A stretch of 64,000 nucleotides of DNA from Sphingomonas sp. RT2P30. Its GTDB lineage: Bacteria; Pseudomonadota; Alphaproteobacteria; Sphingomonadales; Sphingomonadaceae. Numbering within the stretch: the stretch's first letter is position 1; every line of letters starts with the position of its first letter. The notes under the pieces are model-generated. The model was given only the letters and a program-made list of their open reading frames with translations, did not search any database and had not been told where the DNA came from. Positions 30,154-40,536 of this stretch are shown here, in pieces. The position numbers were made by a program, and so were the translations under genes. The DNA lies in the NCBI RefSeq assembly GCF_036663795.1, contig NZ_JAXOJP010000007.1, forward strand, positions 93,882-157,881, given 5' to 3'.

Positions 30154-30184
30154 GCGCGGCCTCCGGTCGCGTCGGGAGAAGGGC

Positions 30185-30852
30185 GTGACGGGGCGAACGA
30201 CACCGGCGATCCACGATGCGACCCGCGCGGTGCTGCCGTGGCGGATCGTCGCTGGCATCCTGCTGCATTTCTGCGTGCCGGCCTATCTGCTCGCCTGCCT
30301 CGCGGCGGGATTTCTCGTGGAGCCGCAGCCTAGCTCACTGGGCGATGTGGTGGCGCGGATGATGCTGACCGGCGGCTATTTCCTGCCCGCCTATGCCGCA
30401 CTGATCGGGGTCAGCGCGATCGGCGCGCGGATGCTCGACCCGCTGCTTCGGCGGCGGCGCGCGCATCGCCTGGCGCGCGATCCCGGTGCGATTGCCGCGA
30501 CGTCGCAGCGGCGGGTGGCGGACGCCGTGCGGACACTGCGCGGATTGTCGGCACAGGCGCGATCGACCGGCTGTCCTGGGACCATCATGACGAGCGCTTT
30601 CGCCTGCTGGGGAGCGATCTCGGCACCGCGACCGACGCCTTTGCCGCCGCCTTCGCCTCGGCCGCGCAGGCGCGGCGGCCCGAGTTGATCGAGCTTGCCG
30701 CTGAGAGCTGTGACCGCATCGCCGCCGCCGTCGCCGCACTGGCAGTGGAGCGCGGCAAGCTCGACGAGGGAGATGCGCGGACGGTCGCGGGCTATATCGC
30801 CGCGCGCTATCCCGGTGGCGCAGAACCGCTGTCGACGGGGCCAACCGATTGA
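30185..30852 (+). pseudogene. Membrane protein gene with a probable -1 frameshift: TM-rich N-terminal part in frame 2 (to 30688), soluble C-terminal part in frame 1 (30334-30852)
   Basis: Frame 2 opens at MTGRTTPAIHDATRAVLPWRIVAGILLHF and degenerates into a PRPTPLPPP tail. Frame 1 is open with no start codon and reads as protein (IVGTGAIDRLSWDHHDERFRLLGSDLG...ARYPGGAEPL). A single-base deletion near 30480-30550 would join them. Confidence 0.35.
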
Positions 30853-30997
30853 GTGCATTACGCGCGATTGCGTGAGACGCACGCCGATTCCGCTAGACCG
30901 TCATTTCGCGCAAGCGTAAATTGCCCGACGATCACGCAAGACGTGATTGCGAAGACCCGGGGGCAAACCGGTCTTCATTTCAAGGACCAACTTTCCG

Positions 30998-33004
30998 ATG
31001 GCAACTATCTATACGGCCGGCACCATTGCGGTGGTGGCAGTCATCTTTGTCGTCCTCTTCATGGCATCACGATGCGTGCGCTATGTCGGTAACAACCGCG
31101 TGGCGATCGTCGAGAAATTGTGGAGTCGCAACGGCTCGATCGCCGGCGGGCTGATCGCGCTTAACAAGGAAGCAGGTTTCCAGCCCGATGTACTGCGCGG
31201 CGGCTATCATTTTTTCTTCCCGTTCCAGTATCGGCTGCACATCCAGTCGCTGGTCACCATCCCGCAAGGCCAGGTCGGTTATGTCTTCGCGCGCGACGGA
31301 CTTCCGCTCGAGCCGACGCAGACGCTCGCCAGCAATGTCCGCACCGCCGAGTTTCTCGATGCGCGGCGCTTTCTCACCGAGGGCGGGCAGAAGGGTCCGC
31401 AGCGCGCGATCCTGCGCGAGGGTACCTACGCGCTCAACCTCGCGCAGTTCGTCGTCATCACCGGCGACCGCATGTACGGCCTGATGCTCGAGGGCGAGGA
31501 CGCGCAGCTGTTCGCCGAGATGAAGGACGTCATCGACCAGCGCAACGGCTTCATGGCGGTGGTGATCAAGAATGCCGACGATATGATCGGCGTGGTCACG
31601 GTGCATGACGGCCCGGCGCTGACCGCCGACCACATCATCGCGCCGCAGGTCGGCACCGACCAGGACGATACGGCGACCTTCCACAACAGCTTCCAGGATC
31701 CCGAGAAGTTCCTCGCCGCCGGCGGACGCCGCGGGCGGCAGTTGCAGGTGCTGGTCGAGGGCAGCTATTTCATCAACCGGCTGTTCGCGACGGTCGAGAT
31801 GGTCGCCAAGACGATCATCGAGGTCGGCCATGTCGGCGTGGTGATCTCGTACACCGGTGACAGCGGTACCGACTCGACGGGCGAGGAATATCGCCATGGC
31901 GAGTTGGTCGAGCGCGGGACGCGCGGCGTGTGGCGCGAGCCGTTGCTGCCGGGCAAATATGCCTTCAACACCTATGCCGGCAAAATCATCGTCGTGCCGA
32001 CGACCAACTTCATCCTGAAATGGGATGAGGGCACGACCGGCCAGCACAAGCTCGACGAGAATCTGTCCGAGGTCTCGCTGATCACCAAGGACGCGTTCGA
32101 GCCGACGCTGCCGCTTTCGGTCGTCGTGCATATCGATTACCGCAAGGCGCCGCTCGTCATCCAGCGCTTCGGCGACATCAAGAAGCTGGTCGAGCAGACG
32201 CTCGACCCGATGGTCTCGGCCTATTTCAAGAACGTCGCGCAGAAGAAGACGCTGATCCAGCTGTTGCAGGACCGCAGCGACCTGCAGGAGCAGGCCGGTG
32301 AGGAAATGCGCACCAAGTTCAGCAACTATAATCTCGAAATGCAGGAGGTGCTGATCGGCACGCCGCGCGCCGCGCCGGGCAATGACCAGATCGAGCAGGT
32401 ACTCGCCCAGCTGCGCCAGCGCCAGATCGCCGAAGAGAAGGTCGCGACCTACGAAAAGCAGAAGATCGCCGCCGAGGGCGAGAAGAGCCTGAGAGAGGCC
32501 GAGGCGCGGGCGCATCAGCAGACCGCGATAACCGAATCCGAGTTGTCGATCACGGTGCAGGAGAACCAGGGCAAGGCGGCGGCGCGGCGTGCGACGCAGG
32601 AGGCCGAGCAGACCCGCACCGCGGCACGCGCTGAAGGCGACCGCATCCGCCTGCTGGGCGAGGGCGAGGCGGCCAAGATCGTCGCATTGGCCTCGGCCGA
32701 CGCCGAGCGCGTCAGCAAGGTCGGTACCGCCACCGCCGAGACGATCGCCAAGCAGGTCGCGGCGTCGGGCGGCGCGCAGTTCCAGCTCACCCGCCAGGTG
32801 GTCGAGCGGATCGCCGAGGCGCTGGAGACGTCGGGGGTCGACATCGTCCCGCGCGTCCAGATCAATGGCGGTGGCGGCGCATCCGGCGAAGGCTCGCTAG
32901 TCAATGCGCTGATGGGGCTGGTGCTGGCCGACAAGGGGCTGGCGCTGGCCGGGCCGGTCGCCAATGACGCGGCCGACGACGTCGAGCCGGTCGCGGCCGA
33001 GTGA
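30998..33004 (+). CDS. Flotillin/SPFH (band-7) family protein, YqiK-like
   Basis: N-terminal TM helix, SPFH domain, and a long Glu/Ala/Gln-rich coiled coil (EAEARAHQQTAITESE...). Confidence 0.85.
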   Translation: MATIYTAGTIAVVAVIFVVLFMASRCVRYVGNNRVAIVEKLWSRNGSIAGGLIALNKEAGFQPDVLRGGYHFFFPFQYRLHIQSLVTIPQGQVGYVFARDGLPLEPTQTLASNVRTAEFLDARRFLTEGGQKGPQRAILREGTYALNLAQFVVITGDRMYGLMLEGEDAQLFAEMKDVIDQRNGFMAVVIKNADDMIGVVTVHDGPALTADHIIAPQVGTDQDDTATFHNSFQDPEKFLAAGGRRGRQLQVLVEGSYFINRLFATVEMVAKTIIEVGHVGVVISYTGDSGTDSTGEEYRHGELVERGTRGVWREPLLPGKYAFNTYAGKIIVVPTTNFILKWDEGTTGQHKLDENLSEVSLITKDAFEPTLPLSVVVHIDYRKAPLVIQRFGDIKKLVEQTLDPMVSAYFKNVAQKKTLIQLLQDRSDLQEQAGEEMRTKFSNYNLEMQEVLIGTPRAAPGNDQIEQVLAQLRQRQIAEEKVATYEKQKIAAEGEKSLREAEARAHQQTAITESELSITVQENQGKAAARRATQEAEQTRTAARAEGDRIRLLGEGEAAKIVALASADAERVSKVGTATAETIAKQVAASGGAQFQLTRQVVERIAEALETSGVDIVPRVQINGGGGASGEGSLVNALMGLVLADKGLALAGPVANDAADDVEPVAAE

Positions 33005-33008
33005 GGCC

Positions 33009-33044
33009 AGGGGGCGGTCGCTGCGGCGGCCGCCCCCTTTTTTT
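33009..33044 (+). terminator. Rho-independent terminator of the flotillin gene
   Basis: GC hairpin gggggcgg...ccgccccc followed by TTTTTTT, 5 nt after the stop. Confidence 0.8.
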
Positions 33045-33052
33045 GCGTTGCG

Positions 33053-34033
33053 CTACGCGGCGTGCCGCTCGATCAGCGCGGCGACGGCGTCGGGCTGGTC
33101 GGCGACGACATAATGGCCCGCGCCGGCGACGGTCGCCTCGGTGACATGCGCGAAGCCGCTCGCGCGCAGCGCGGTGGCGATGCGCGGGGCGAGCGCCGCG
33201 AGCGGCGAGGCGTCGCCGGCGGCGAGCAACAGCGGCACGTCGATCGGCGCCTGTTGCTCGAAGCCGAAACGGGCATTGGCCGGAAAGGCGCGGTACATCG
33301 CGCAGGCGGCATGAAGCTGCTCGGGCGTGGCATAGGCCTTGAGGCTCTCGGCGATCATCGTCGCGTCGAAATTGCCGGCGCTGAGCAGATATTCGAGCAG
33401 CGGCGCGTGGCGGCCGGCAAGCAGCGTCTCGGGGAGCTCTGGGGTTTGCAGGAAACCGACCGGCCAGGCGGCGGGGCCGGCAAGGCTGTCGTCCCAGCCA
33501 TCGATGCCGGGTACCGCGCAGTCGAGCAGGGTCACGCCGCGCGTTGCCTGCGGGAACTGCCGCGTAAAGGCGTGCGCGACCTGCCCGCCAATGCCGTGGC
33601 CAACGACATGGACGCGGTCGAGCTTGAGCGCATGGGCGAGGTGCTGAATATCGCCCGCCATCGTTGCGGCGTCGAATTTGGGCGAGCCAGCGGTCGAGCC
33701 GCCGATGCCGCGCAGATCGGGCGCGATGACGGTGAAGCGCGTCGCGAGGCGATCGATGATCGGGCGCCACGCGCTCCAGTCCTGCGGTACGTCATGAATG
33801 AGGATCAGTGCGGGGCCACGTCCGGCGCGGGCGAAGTGGAGCACCGCGCCGTGGACGCGCGCCGTACCGAAGCTCAATCCCTTGTCGCGCCGTCGCGCGG
33901 CGATGCGCGGCGCGACGGCGCGGGCGATGGCATAGCCCGACCCGGCAACGGCCATGCCGAGCGCCGCGATCCGCAGCAGCGCGCGGTGGCCCGAACTGTC
34001 CTGCACGGCGGCATTTTCAACTTCTTGCGTCAT
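33053..34033 (-). CDS. Alpha/beta-fold hydrolase
   Basis: Start MTQEVENAA. Nucleophile elbow GHGIGG and the HDVPQDW region. The ORF-track start at 34120 is an extension. Confidence 0.8.
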   Translation of the reverse strand: MTQEVENAAVQDSSGHRALLRIAALGMAVAGSGYAIARAVAPRIAARRRDKGLSFGTARVHGAVLHFARAGRGPALILIHDVPQDWSAWRPIIDRLATRFTVIAPDLRGIGGSTAGSPKFDAATMAGDIQHLAHALKLDRVHVVGHGIGGQVAHAFTRQFPQATRGVTLLDCAVPGIDGWDDSLAGPAAWPVGFLQTPELPETLLAGRHAPLLEYLLSAGNFDATMIAESLKAYATPEQLHAACAMYRAFPANARFGFEQQAPIDVPLLLAAGDASPLAALAPRIATALRASGFAHVTEATVAGAGHYVVADQPDAVAALIERHAA

Positions 34034-34107
34034 GAACGCGTCTCTACACGCCGCATCGGCGCCACGCCAGTTGCCCTCCTCGCTTGTGCCCGCTAACGCC
34101 CTCGAAC

Positions 34108-34590
34108 ATGACGCAACCACTGGTCGGCATCATCATGGGCAGCACCTCCGATTGGGAGACGATGCACCACAGCGCCGATATATTGGCGGAGCTCGGCGTG
34201 CCGTGCGAAACCAAGGTCGTCTCGGCGCACCGCACCCCGGCGCGGCTCTACGAATATGCCAGCCATGCCGAGCGGCGTGGGATCAAGGTGATCATTGCCG
34301 GGGCCGGCGGCGCGGCGCATCTGCCGGGCATGACCGCGTCGATGACGCATCTGCCGGTGCTCGGCGTGCCGGTCGAGAGCAAGGCGATGAAGGGCATGGA
34401 TAGCCTGATGTCGATCGTGCAGATGCCTGCCGGCATCCCCGTCGGCACGCTGGCAATCGGCAAGCCCGGCGCGAAGAATGCCGGCCTGCTCGCCGCTGCA
34501 ATCCTGAGCCTCGGCGATGCGTTGCTCGCCGAGCGGCTCAAGGCGTGGCGCGCGGCGCAGACCGAGGCGGTCCCGGTCGACCCGCAATGA
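34108..34590 (+). CDS. purE: N5-carboxyaminoimidazole ribonucleotide mutase PurE
   Basis: [14 protein letters not shown] and [10 protein letters not shown] motifs. Confidence 0.9.
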   Translation: MTQPLVGIIMGSTSDWETMHHSADILAELGVPCETKVVSAHRTPARLYEYASHAERRGIKVIIAGAGGAAHLPGMTASMTHLPVLGVPVESKAMKGMDSLMSIVQMPAGIPVGTLAIGKPGAKNAGLLAAAILSLGDALLAERLKAWRAAQTEAVPVDPQ

Positions 34591-35654
34591 CGCCGCTGCC
34601 CCCCGGTTCGACGATCGGCATTCTGGGCGGCGGGCAGCTCGGCCGGATGCTGGCGAGCGCGGCGGCGGAACTGGGCTACCACACCCGCGTGCTGGCGCCC
34701 GATGCCGAGAGCGTCGCGGCGCAGACCGCGTCCAGCTTTACGCGCGCCGATTATCACAGCCGCATCGTGCTCGACGAGATGGTCAGCGCGGCGGATGTGG
34801 TGACCTATGAATTCGAGAATATCGATCTCGCGCCCGTAGATTATCTGTCGACCAAGGTACCGGTCCACCCGGCGCCCGCAGCGCTCGCCATCGCGCAGGA
34901 CCGTGCGAGCGAGAAGGCGTTCGTCGGCAAGCTTGGCGGGCGAACGGCGCCGTGGCGCAAGGTGACGAGCATCGCCGAACTGCGCGACGCGTTGGCCGAG
35001 ATCGGCGCGCCGGCGATCCTCAAAACGCTGCGACTCGGCTATGACGGCAAAGGCCAGGTGCGCATCGCCGATGCGGCCGATGCGGACGCGGCATGGGAGG
35101 CGATCGGCGGCCGGCCGGCGATCCTCGAGGGCTTCGTGACCTTCAGCCATGAATTCTCGATCATCCTCGCGCGCGGTGCGGACGGTGAAATGGTCAGCTA
35201 TCCCCCGCCATGGAACGAGCATGTCGATGGCGTGCTGGCGCGCTCGACCGTGCCGGCGCCGGCGCCGATCGCGGCATGCTGGACCGAGGCCGCCGCGCTG
35301 ACCGGGCGGATCGCCGACACGCTCGCTTATGTCGGCGTGCTCGCGTGCGAGTTCTTCGCGAGCGAGGACGGCCCGGTGTTCAACGAGATGGCGCCGCGTG
35401 TCCATAATAGCGGGCACTGGACGATCGAGGGCGCGGTGACCTCGCAGTTCGAGAACCATATCCGCGCGATCTGCGGCCTGCCGCTCGGCGACACCGGGCT
35501 GAGCGCGCCGGCGGTGACGATGGATAATCTGATCGGCGAGCAGGCCGCGCGCTGGCACGAGATTCTTGCCGAGCCGGGGGCGCATCTGCACCTTTATGGC
35601 AAGGAGATGCGCGCCGGGCGCAAGATGGGGCATGTCACGCGGCTGGCGCGATAG
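34587..35654 (+). CDS. purK: N5-carboxyaminoimidazole ribonucleotide synthase PurK
   Basis: ATP-grasp protein ([10 protein letters not shown]), ATGA-coupled to purE. Confidence 0.9.
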   Translation: MTPLPPGSTIGILGGGQLGRMLASAAAELGYHTRVLAPDAESVAAQTASSFTRADYHSRIVLDEMVSAADVVTYEFENIDLAPVDYLSTKVPVHPAPAALAIAQDRASEKAFVGKLGGRTAPWRKVTSIAELRDALAEIGAPAILKTLRLGYDGKGQVRIADAADADAAWEAIGGRPAILEGFVTFSHEFSIILARGADGEMVSYPPPWNEHVDGVLARSTVPAPAPIAACWTEAAALTGRIADTLAYVGVLACEFFASEDGPVFNEMAPRVHNSGHWTIEGAVTSQFENHIRAICGLPLGDTGLSAPAVTMDNLIGEQAARWHEILAEPGAHLHLYGKEMRAGRKMGHVTRLAR

Positions 35655-36995
35655 TCAGAAAGTCGCGGTCAGGTTGAAGCAGACATAGCGCGTCGCGGTG
35701 GCGGCATTGGCGTTGGGCGCGTCGCGCAGGAAGCGGCCCTTGGCGAGCAGCACGCCATCCGCCTCGAAGCGCAGCCGCTTGGGCAAAAGCCAGTAGCGCA
35801 TCCGCAGATCGATCTGCTGGCCGGCGAAGCGTCCCGAAGCGCCGCTCGGATCGCGCACGCCGGTCGTCGAGAAGGCGTCGCGACGATCGGCGAGCCACAG
35901 CGCGCGATAGCCGATAAAGGCATCGAACCGCGCAGATGGTGTGACCTCGAGCCTGACCCCGGGCGACAACACGTTGCTGCGGCCGATGGCATTGTAGAGC
36001 CCCGCCGGGCCGAGGTCCGCGCGGCGCATGCCGAACAGCGGATCGAAGCGGTGATAGCTCGGCCCGGCGCCGCCGCTCGCGCGGTCGACTTCGACCAAGA
36101 GGCGCGGTTTCCATGGTGCCGCGACGCTGTAACCGACCAGCGCGCGAAGGAAATTGGCATCGACCGGCAGGGTCGCGGCGCCGGCAGCGGCCGAGGCGCT
36201 GATCCGACCCCATTGATAGATGCCCTCGACACCCCAATCGACATGCCCGGGGCGCGGATCGACGACGATACGGCCGCCCAGGCTGTTGAGCGACCGGTCG
36301 CGGGTCGGCCGACCGGGGGCGTCGCGCTCGCCGAAATGGAGAAAGCTCGCCTCAACCAATAGCGGATGACCCTTGGCCTGACGCGCAACGAAACCGCCCC
36401 ACAGCACGCTGGCGAAACTCTCCTTGTCGAGCGCGATATGGTTGTTACGCAAGGAAGGGCCGTCGTCGGGCAAGCGCGTCAGCGGCAGCACATAGATGGC
36501 GGTCGCCTTGATGCCCGAGGTCGATTGGATATCGCCGCGCAGCCCGGTGAAACCGTTGGTGGTGTTGCGATAATCGTCAGCGGCGACGAGCCGCCGCGAG
36601 CCGAGATCGAGCGTGAAGCGCCCTGCGCGCACGCTCGTCGCCGTGCCCGGTCCGAGGATGCCCCCGAGATCGGCCTGGAGATAGGCCTGCACCGGCTCGA
36701 TCGCATTGACCTCATTGGTGGTCAGCGGCGTGCCGGGATCGGCGTTCCACACGCGACTGTCATGGATTTCGGTGACCAGCCGCAGATTGTGGTGGCGCAG
36801 CGTGAGCAACAATTGGGTGCGCAGGTTGAGGAGTTGGTCGGCGCTATTGAAGCCCGACCGCGCCTGGCCGTCGATCGCCTCGTAGCGAAGGCGAACGCTG
36901 CCCGACGCTGAGAGGCCCTCGGGCAGCTCGTCGGCCCGCGCCGGCACGGCCGCGAGACATAGCATCGACAATCCGATTGCAAACCCGGCGTTCAT
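35655..36995 (-). CDS. Alginate-export (AlgE-like) family outer-membrane beta-barrel protein
   Basis: Signal peptide (MNAGFAIGLSMLCLAAVPARA) and alternating beta-strand pattern with a C-terminal Phe. The ORF-track start at 37322 is an Arg/Pro-rich extension. Confidence 0.65.
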   Translation of the reverse strand: MNAGFAIGLSMLCLAAVPARADELPEGLSASGSVRLRYEAIDGQARSGFNSADQLLNLRTQLLLTLRHHNLRLVTEIHDSRVWNADPGTPLTTNEVNAIEPVQAYLQADLGGILGPGTATSVRAGRFTLDLGSRRLVAADDYRNTTNGFTGLRGDIQSTSGIKATAIYVLPLTRLPDDGPSLRNNHIALDKESFASVLWGGFVARQAKGHPLLVEASFLHFGERDAPGRPTRDRSLNSLGGRIVVDPRPGHVDWGVEGIYQWGRISASAAAGAATLPVDANFLRALVGYSVAAPWKPRLLVEVDRASGGAGPSYHRFDPLFGMRRADLGPAGLYNAIGRSNVLSPGVRLEVTPSARFDAFIGYRALWLADRRDAFSTTGVRDPSGASGRFAGQQIDLRMRYWLLPKRLRFEADGVLLAKGRFLRDAPNANAATATRYVCFNLTATF

Positions 36996-37156
36996 ACAGC
37001 CCCCGATGACCGGGGTGGCCATAGCCGCGCGAGCGCATGGGAACAATCGGCGGATCGCTCTGGGCTGTGGTCGGCCAGCGTTCCAAATGCGCGGCGAGCT
37101 TCCTATCTGTTCCGACTGCGGTCGGCCGGGCGGGTCGTCATGGGAGACGGAACAGG

Positions 37157-37753
37157 ATGACGGACGGAGCGCCGGCGAAGGAAGGGCAGCCGCTATCGCC
37201 GGATTTCTTCGCGCGCGATGTCGAGACGGTAGCGCGCGCGCTGATCGGGACGACGCTGCTGGTCGACGGGGTCGGCGGCACGATCGTCGAGACCGAGGCC
37301 TATGACGCGAGCGACCCGGCATCGCATTGCTTTGGCGGGCGGACGGCGCGCAATGCCAGCATGTTTGGCCCGCCGGGCCATTCCTATGTCTATCGCAGCT
37401 ACGGCCTGCACTGGTGCCTAAATTTCGTATGCGTGCCCGCCAGCGGCGTGCTGATCCGGGCGATCGAACCGACGATCGGCATCGACCGCATGATCGCGCG
37501 TCGCGGGATGGACGAGCTGCGCCGGTTATGCGCCGGACCGGGCCGCCTGTGTCAGGCGTTCGGCATCGATAGCGGGTTCGACGGACGATCGCTCGATGCG
37601 CCGCCCTTTGCGCTGGCGCATGGTGGACGCGCCGTCGCGGTCGGCGCCGGGCCGCGAATCGGGATCAGCAAGGCGGCCGATACGCCGTGGCGCTTCTGGC
37701 GCGAAGGATCGCGCTTTCTGAGCCGTCCCGCGGCGGCTCCGGTCCGCCGCTGA
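37157..37753 (+). CDS. mpg: DNA-3-methyladenine glycosylase (Mpg/AAG family)
   Basis: FFARDVETVARALIGTTL...GGTIVETEAYDASDPASHCF...GHSYVYRSYGLHWCLN. The real start is at MTDGAP. Confidence 0.85.
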   Translation: MTDGAPAKEGQPLSPDFFARDVETVARALIGTTLLVDGVGGTIVETEAYDASDPASHCFGGRTARNASMFGPPGHSYVYRSYGLHWCLNFVCVPASGVLIRAIEPTIGIDRMIARRGMDELRRLCAGPGRLCQAFGIDSGFDGRSLDAPPFALAHGGRAVAVGAGPRIGISKAADTPWRFWREGSRFLSRPAAAPVRR

Positions 37754-37834
37754 GACCTCTGTCACACCAGCCATCAACAGCGAGCGCGACAGATTCCGCT
37801 TGTCTTCCTGACATGCGTAAGTTATTTCTTACGC

Positions 37835-38164
37835 ATGAATGGCGCTGCTGACCCCTTCCTGAACGGCGACCACTTGCTAGCGGCGCTCGCAGCGCTTGCC
37901 AGCCCGCAGCGACTGCGGATCGTCGCCGCCCTCCACGCTCAGGGTCGCAACTATATCAGCCAGTTGGCGCGCGAACTGGGGATCAGCCGGCCGCTGCTGC
38001 ATCTCCACCTGCAAAAGCTCGAGGCGGTGGGCCTGGTCAGCAGCACCCTCGAATTGTCGCTCGACGGCAAGGCGCTCAACTATTTCGCCGTCACCCCCTT
38101 CGCACTCGCGCTCACGCCGCAATCGATCGCCGAGGCGGCCAGGTCGCTCACCGCAAAGGCTTGA
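37835..38164 (+). CDS. ArsR-family (winged-helix) transcriptional regulator
   Basis: RLRIVAALHAQGRNYISQLARELGISRPLLHLHLQKLEAVGLV HTH region. Confidence 0.8.
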   Translation: MNGAADPFLNGDHLLAALAALASPQRLRIVAALHAQGRNYISQLARELGISRPLLHLHLQKLEAVGLVSSTLELSLDGKALNYFAVTPFALALTPQSIAEAARSLTAKA

Positions 38165-38178
38165 AAGAGGAATTTCCC

Positions 38179-38436
38179 ATGTCCGAACACGTCTATTTTC
38201 TCAGCATCTTCGTCCCGCTCGGCGCGATCCTCGCGATCTTCGGCATGAAATATTACGCGGTGATCGCGCAGGCGCGGGCACGCCTCGCCAGCGACGAGGC
38301 CTATCGCACGCTCGCCGAGCAATGCGCATCGGGTCAGTCCGCTACGGCCGCCAAACTCGCGGCGATCGAAGCCGCGACGTCGCAGATCGGTCAGCGCCTG
38401 GCCACGGTCGAGGCGATCCTGAAGGACGTCGGCTAG
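38179..38436 (+). CDS. Small membrane/coiled-coil protein (85 aa)
   Basis: ATG preceded by AAGAGGA Shine-Dalgarno 8 nt upstream. One TM helix (VYFLSIFVPLGAILAIFG), then a helical region. Starts 15 nt after the ArsR stop. Confidence 0.5.
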   Translation: MSEHVYFLSIFVPLGAILAIFGMKYYAVIAQARARLASDEAYRTLAEQCASGQSATAAKLAAIEAATSQIGQRLATVEAILKDVG

Positions 38437-38475
38437 CCGACCGACATTAATGCACCGAATCAAGGAAAGACACGC

Positions 38476-38931
38476 ATGACCTTCAACCCGATGGCCATCT
38501 TTCGCCGCGACGAGCGCCATGACGGCGTGCGCCGGATCAATATCTACGCATTGCGCCTGCTCTACATCCTGATGTTCTTCATGCTGGGCAACACGGTGTG
38601 GACGCATATCCTGACGCATCGCGGCGCGTGGCAAGCCGAAGATGCGATGGCGTGGTCGGTCTGGGCGGCTTTCGCGACGCTGGCCGGCCTGGGCATCCTC
38701 CATCCGCTCAAGATGCTGCCGGTCGTGCTGCTGGAGATCTTTTATAAGGCGCTGTGGCTGATCCTGGTCGCCTATCCGCTGTGGTCGCAGGGCCGGCTCG
38801 TCGGCGCGCCCGAAGAATATCAGACGATGGTCTTCATCGGCATCCTCTTCCCGATCGTGGCGGTGCCCTGGGGCTATGTCTTCAACCACTATGTCTACAC
38901 GCGATCCGCCGGGTCCCGCGCAACGGCGTGA
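38476..38931 (+). CDS. Hypothetical integral membrane protein (151 aa, about 4 TM)
   Basis: AAGGAAAG RBS before the ATG; four hydrophobic helices. Confidence 0.5.
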   Translation: MTFNPMAIFRRDERHDGVRRINIYALRLLYILMFFMLGNTVWTHILTHRGAWQAEDAMAWSVWAAFATLAGLGILHPLKMLPVVLLEIFYKALWLILVAYPLWSQGRLVGAPEEYQTMVFIGILFPIVAVPWGYVFNHYVYTRSAGSRATA

Positions 38932-38961
38932 TGCACGCCGCCGCGCCGGGGCGAACGCGGA

Positions 38962-40500
38962 TCAGGCAGCGACCGTCGCCTCGCGCTGCACGGCAACGGG
39001 CTTGCCGTCATAAACGAACTCGGCGCCATCGAGGTCGATCGCCGGGATCTCGCCCTTCTCGCGCCAATAGTCCTGATTGTGCATCCATTCGGGTTTGTCG
39101 CCGCGCCGCGGCATGCGATCGAGCCCGCGGCGCAGATAGCCGGGGTTGAAGGTGTTCTCGTCGATCCATGGCAGCAAGGGCATGCCGGCGTCCTCGGGCC
39201 GCAGCGCCACCTCGACGCGGTGCGCGCCGCGCGCGGCCATGTGGTTGAGCAACCGGCAGACGAAATCGCCGAGCATGTCGACGCGCAACGTCCAGCTCGC
39301 GCGGAAATAGCCCATCACCCAGACGAGATTGGGCACGCCGGTGAACATCATCCCGCGATAGTTGACGGTGTCGTGCCAGTCGACCGGGCGACCATCGACG
39401 TCGAACGGGATCTCTCCCATCACCGACAGGCGGAAGCCGGTGGCGGCGACGATCAGGTCGGCCTCGATCTCCTCGCCCGATCTGGTCAGCACGCCCTTTT
39501 CGGTGAAGCGCGCGATCTCATCGGTGACGACGGAGACCTTGCCCGCGCGCGCCGCCTGGAAGATGTCGCCTTCGGGGCAGAAAGCGAGCCGTTGCTGCCA
39601 TGGCCGGTAGCGCGGGGTGAAATGCGGCTCGAAGACGAAATCCTCGCCGCCATAGGCGCGGATCAGCGCTTTGAGATCCTCGAACACCGCATCGGGTTCC
39701 TCGATGCAGCGGCGGGTCATCGCGTCCTGGTCGAACATGATCTGCTCGCGCACGACGCGGTGGATCGTCGGTTCGTCGATACCGATCTGGCGCAAGCGGT
39801 CGGCCAGTTCGTTGCGGTTGGGGGCGCAGTAGAAATAGGTCGGCGAGCGCTGCAGCATCGTCACATGCGCGGCCTTGTCGGCAAAGGCCGGCACCACCGT
39901 TGCGGCGGTCGCGCCCGAGCCGATCACCAGTACGCGCTTGCCGGCATAATCGGTCGCCGGATCCCACAGCTGGGCATGGACGAAGGTCCCGCGATAGTCC
40001 GACAGGCCCGGCCAGTCGGGGATGTAGGGCTTTTCGTGATCATAATAGCCCTGGCACATCCACAGGAAGTTGCAGGTGAAGGTGACGGTCGCGCCGTCAG
40101 CGCTGCGGCGTGCCTCGACCGTCCAGCGGTTGGTCGCGCTCGACCAACGGCAGGCGGTGATGCGGTGGCCGTAGCGGATATGCGGCGCGATGCCGTTTTC
40201 GTCGATCACCTCGCCGATATATTTGAGGATCTCCTCGCCGCTCGCGACCGGCGCGCCGACCCACGGCTTGAAGCGATAACCGAAGGTATAGAGATCGGAA
40301 TCGGAGCGGACGCCGGGATATTTGTGCGTCTCCCACGTGCCGCCGAAGCTGTCCTTCGCCTCGATGATGGCATAGCTGCGCCCCGGACATTGCTCCTGCA
40401 GGTGCCAGGCCGAGCCGATTCCGGAAATGCCGGCGCCGACGATGAGTATATCGACATCGGTCGTTCCCGGGGCGTCAATCACCATCTCCGTCTGCGACAC
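38962..40500 (-). CDS. Flavin-containing (Baeyer-Villiger/EthA-type) monooxygenase
   Basis: FAD motif ILIVGAGISGIG, FxGxxxHxxxY/W region and NADP motif VLVIGSGATA. Confidence 0.85.
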   Translation of the reverse strand: MSQTEMVIDAPGTTDVDILIVGAGISGIGSAWHLQEQCPGRSYAIIEAKDSFGGTWETHKYPGVRSDSDLYTFGYRFKPWVGAPVASGEEILKYIGEVIDENGIAPHIRYGHRITACRWSSATNRWTVEARRSADGATVTFTCNFLWMCQGYYDHEKPYIPDWPGLSDYRGTFVHAQLWDPATDYAGKRVLVIGSGATAATVVPAFADKAAHVTMLQRSPTYFYCAPNRNELADRLRQIGIDEPTIHRVVREQIMFDQDAMTRRCIEEPDAVFEDLKALIRAYGGEDFVFEPHFTPRYRPWQQRLAFCPEGDIFQAARAGKVSVVTDEIARFTEKGVLTRSGEEIEADLIVAATGFRLSVMGEIPFDVDGRPVDWHDTVNYRGMMFTGVPNLVWVMGYFRASWTLRVDMLGDFVCRLLNHMAARGAHRVEVALRPEDAGMPLLPWIDENTFNPGYLRRGLDRMPRRGDKPEWMHNQDYWREKGEIPAIDLDGAEFVYDGKPVAVQREATVAA

Positions 40501-40536
40501 CGTCTCTCTCCTCGCGTCTGATTGCGCTTGCCGGCT

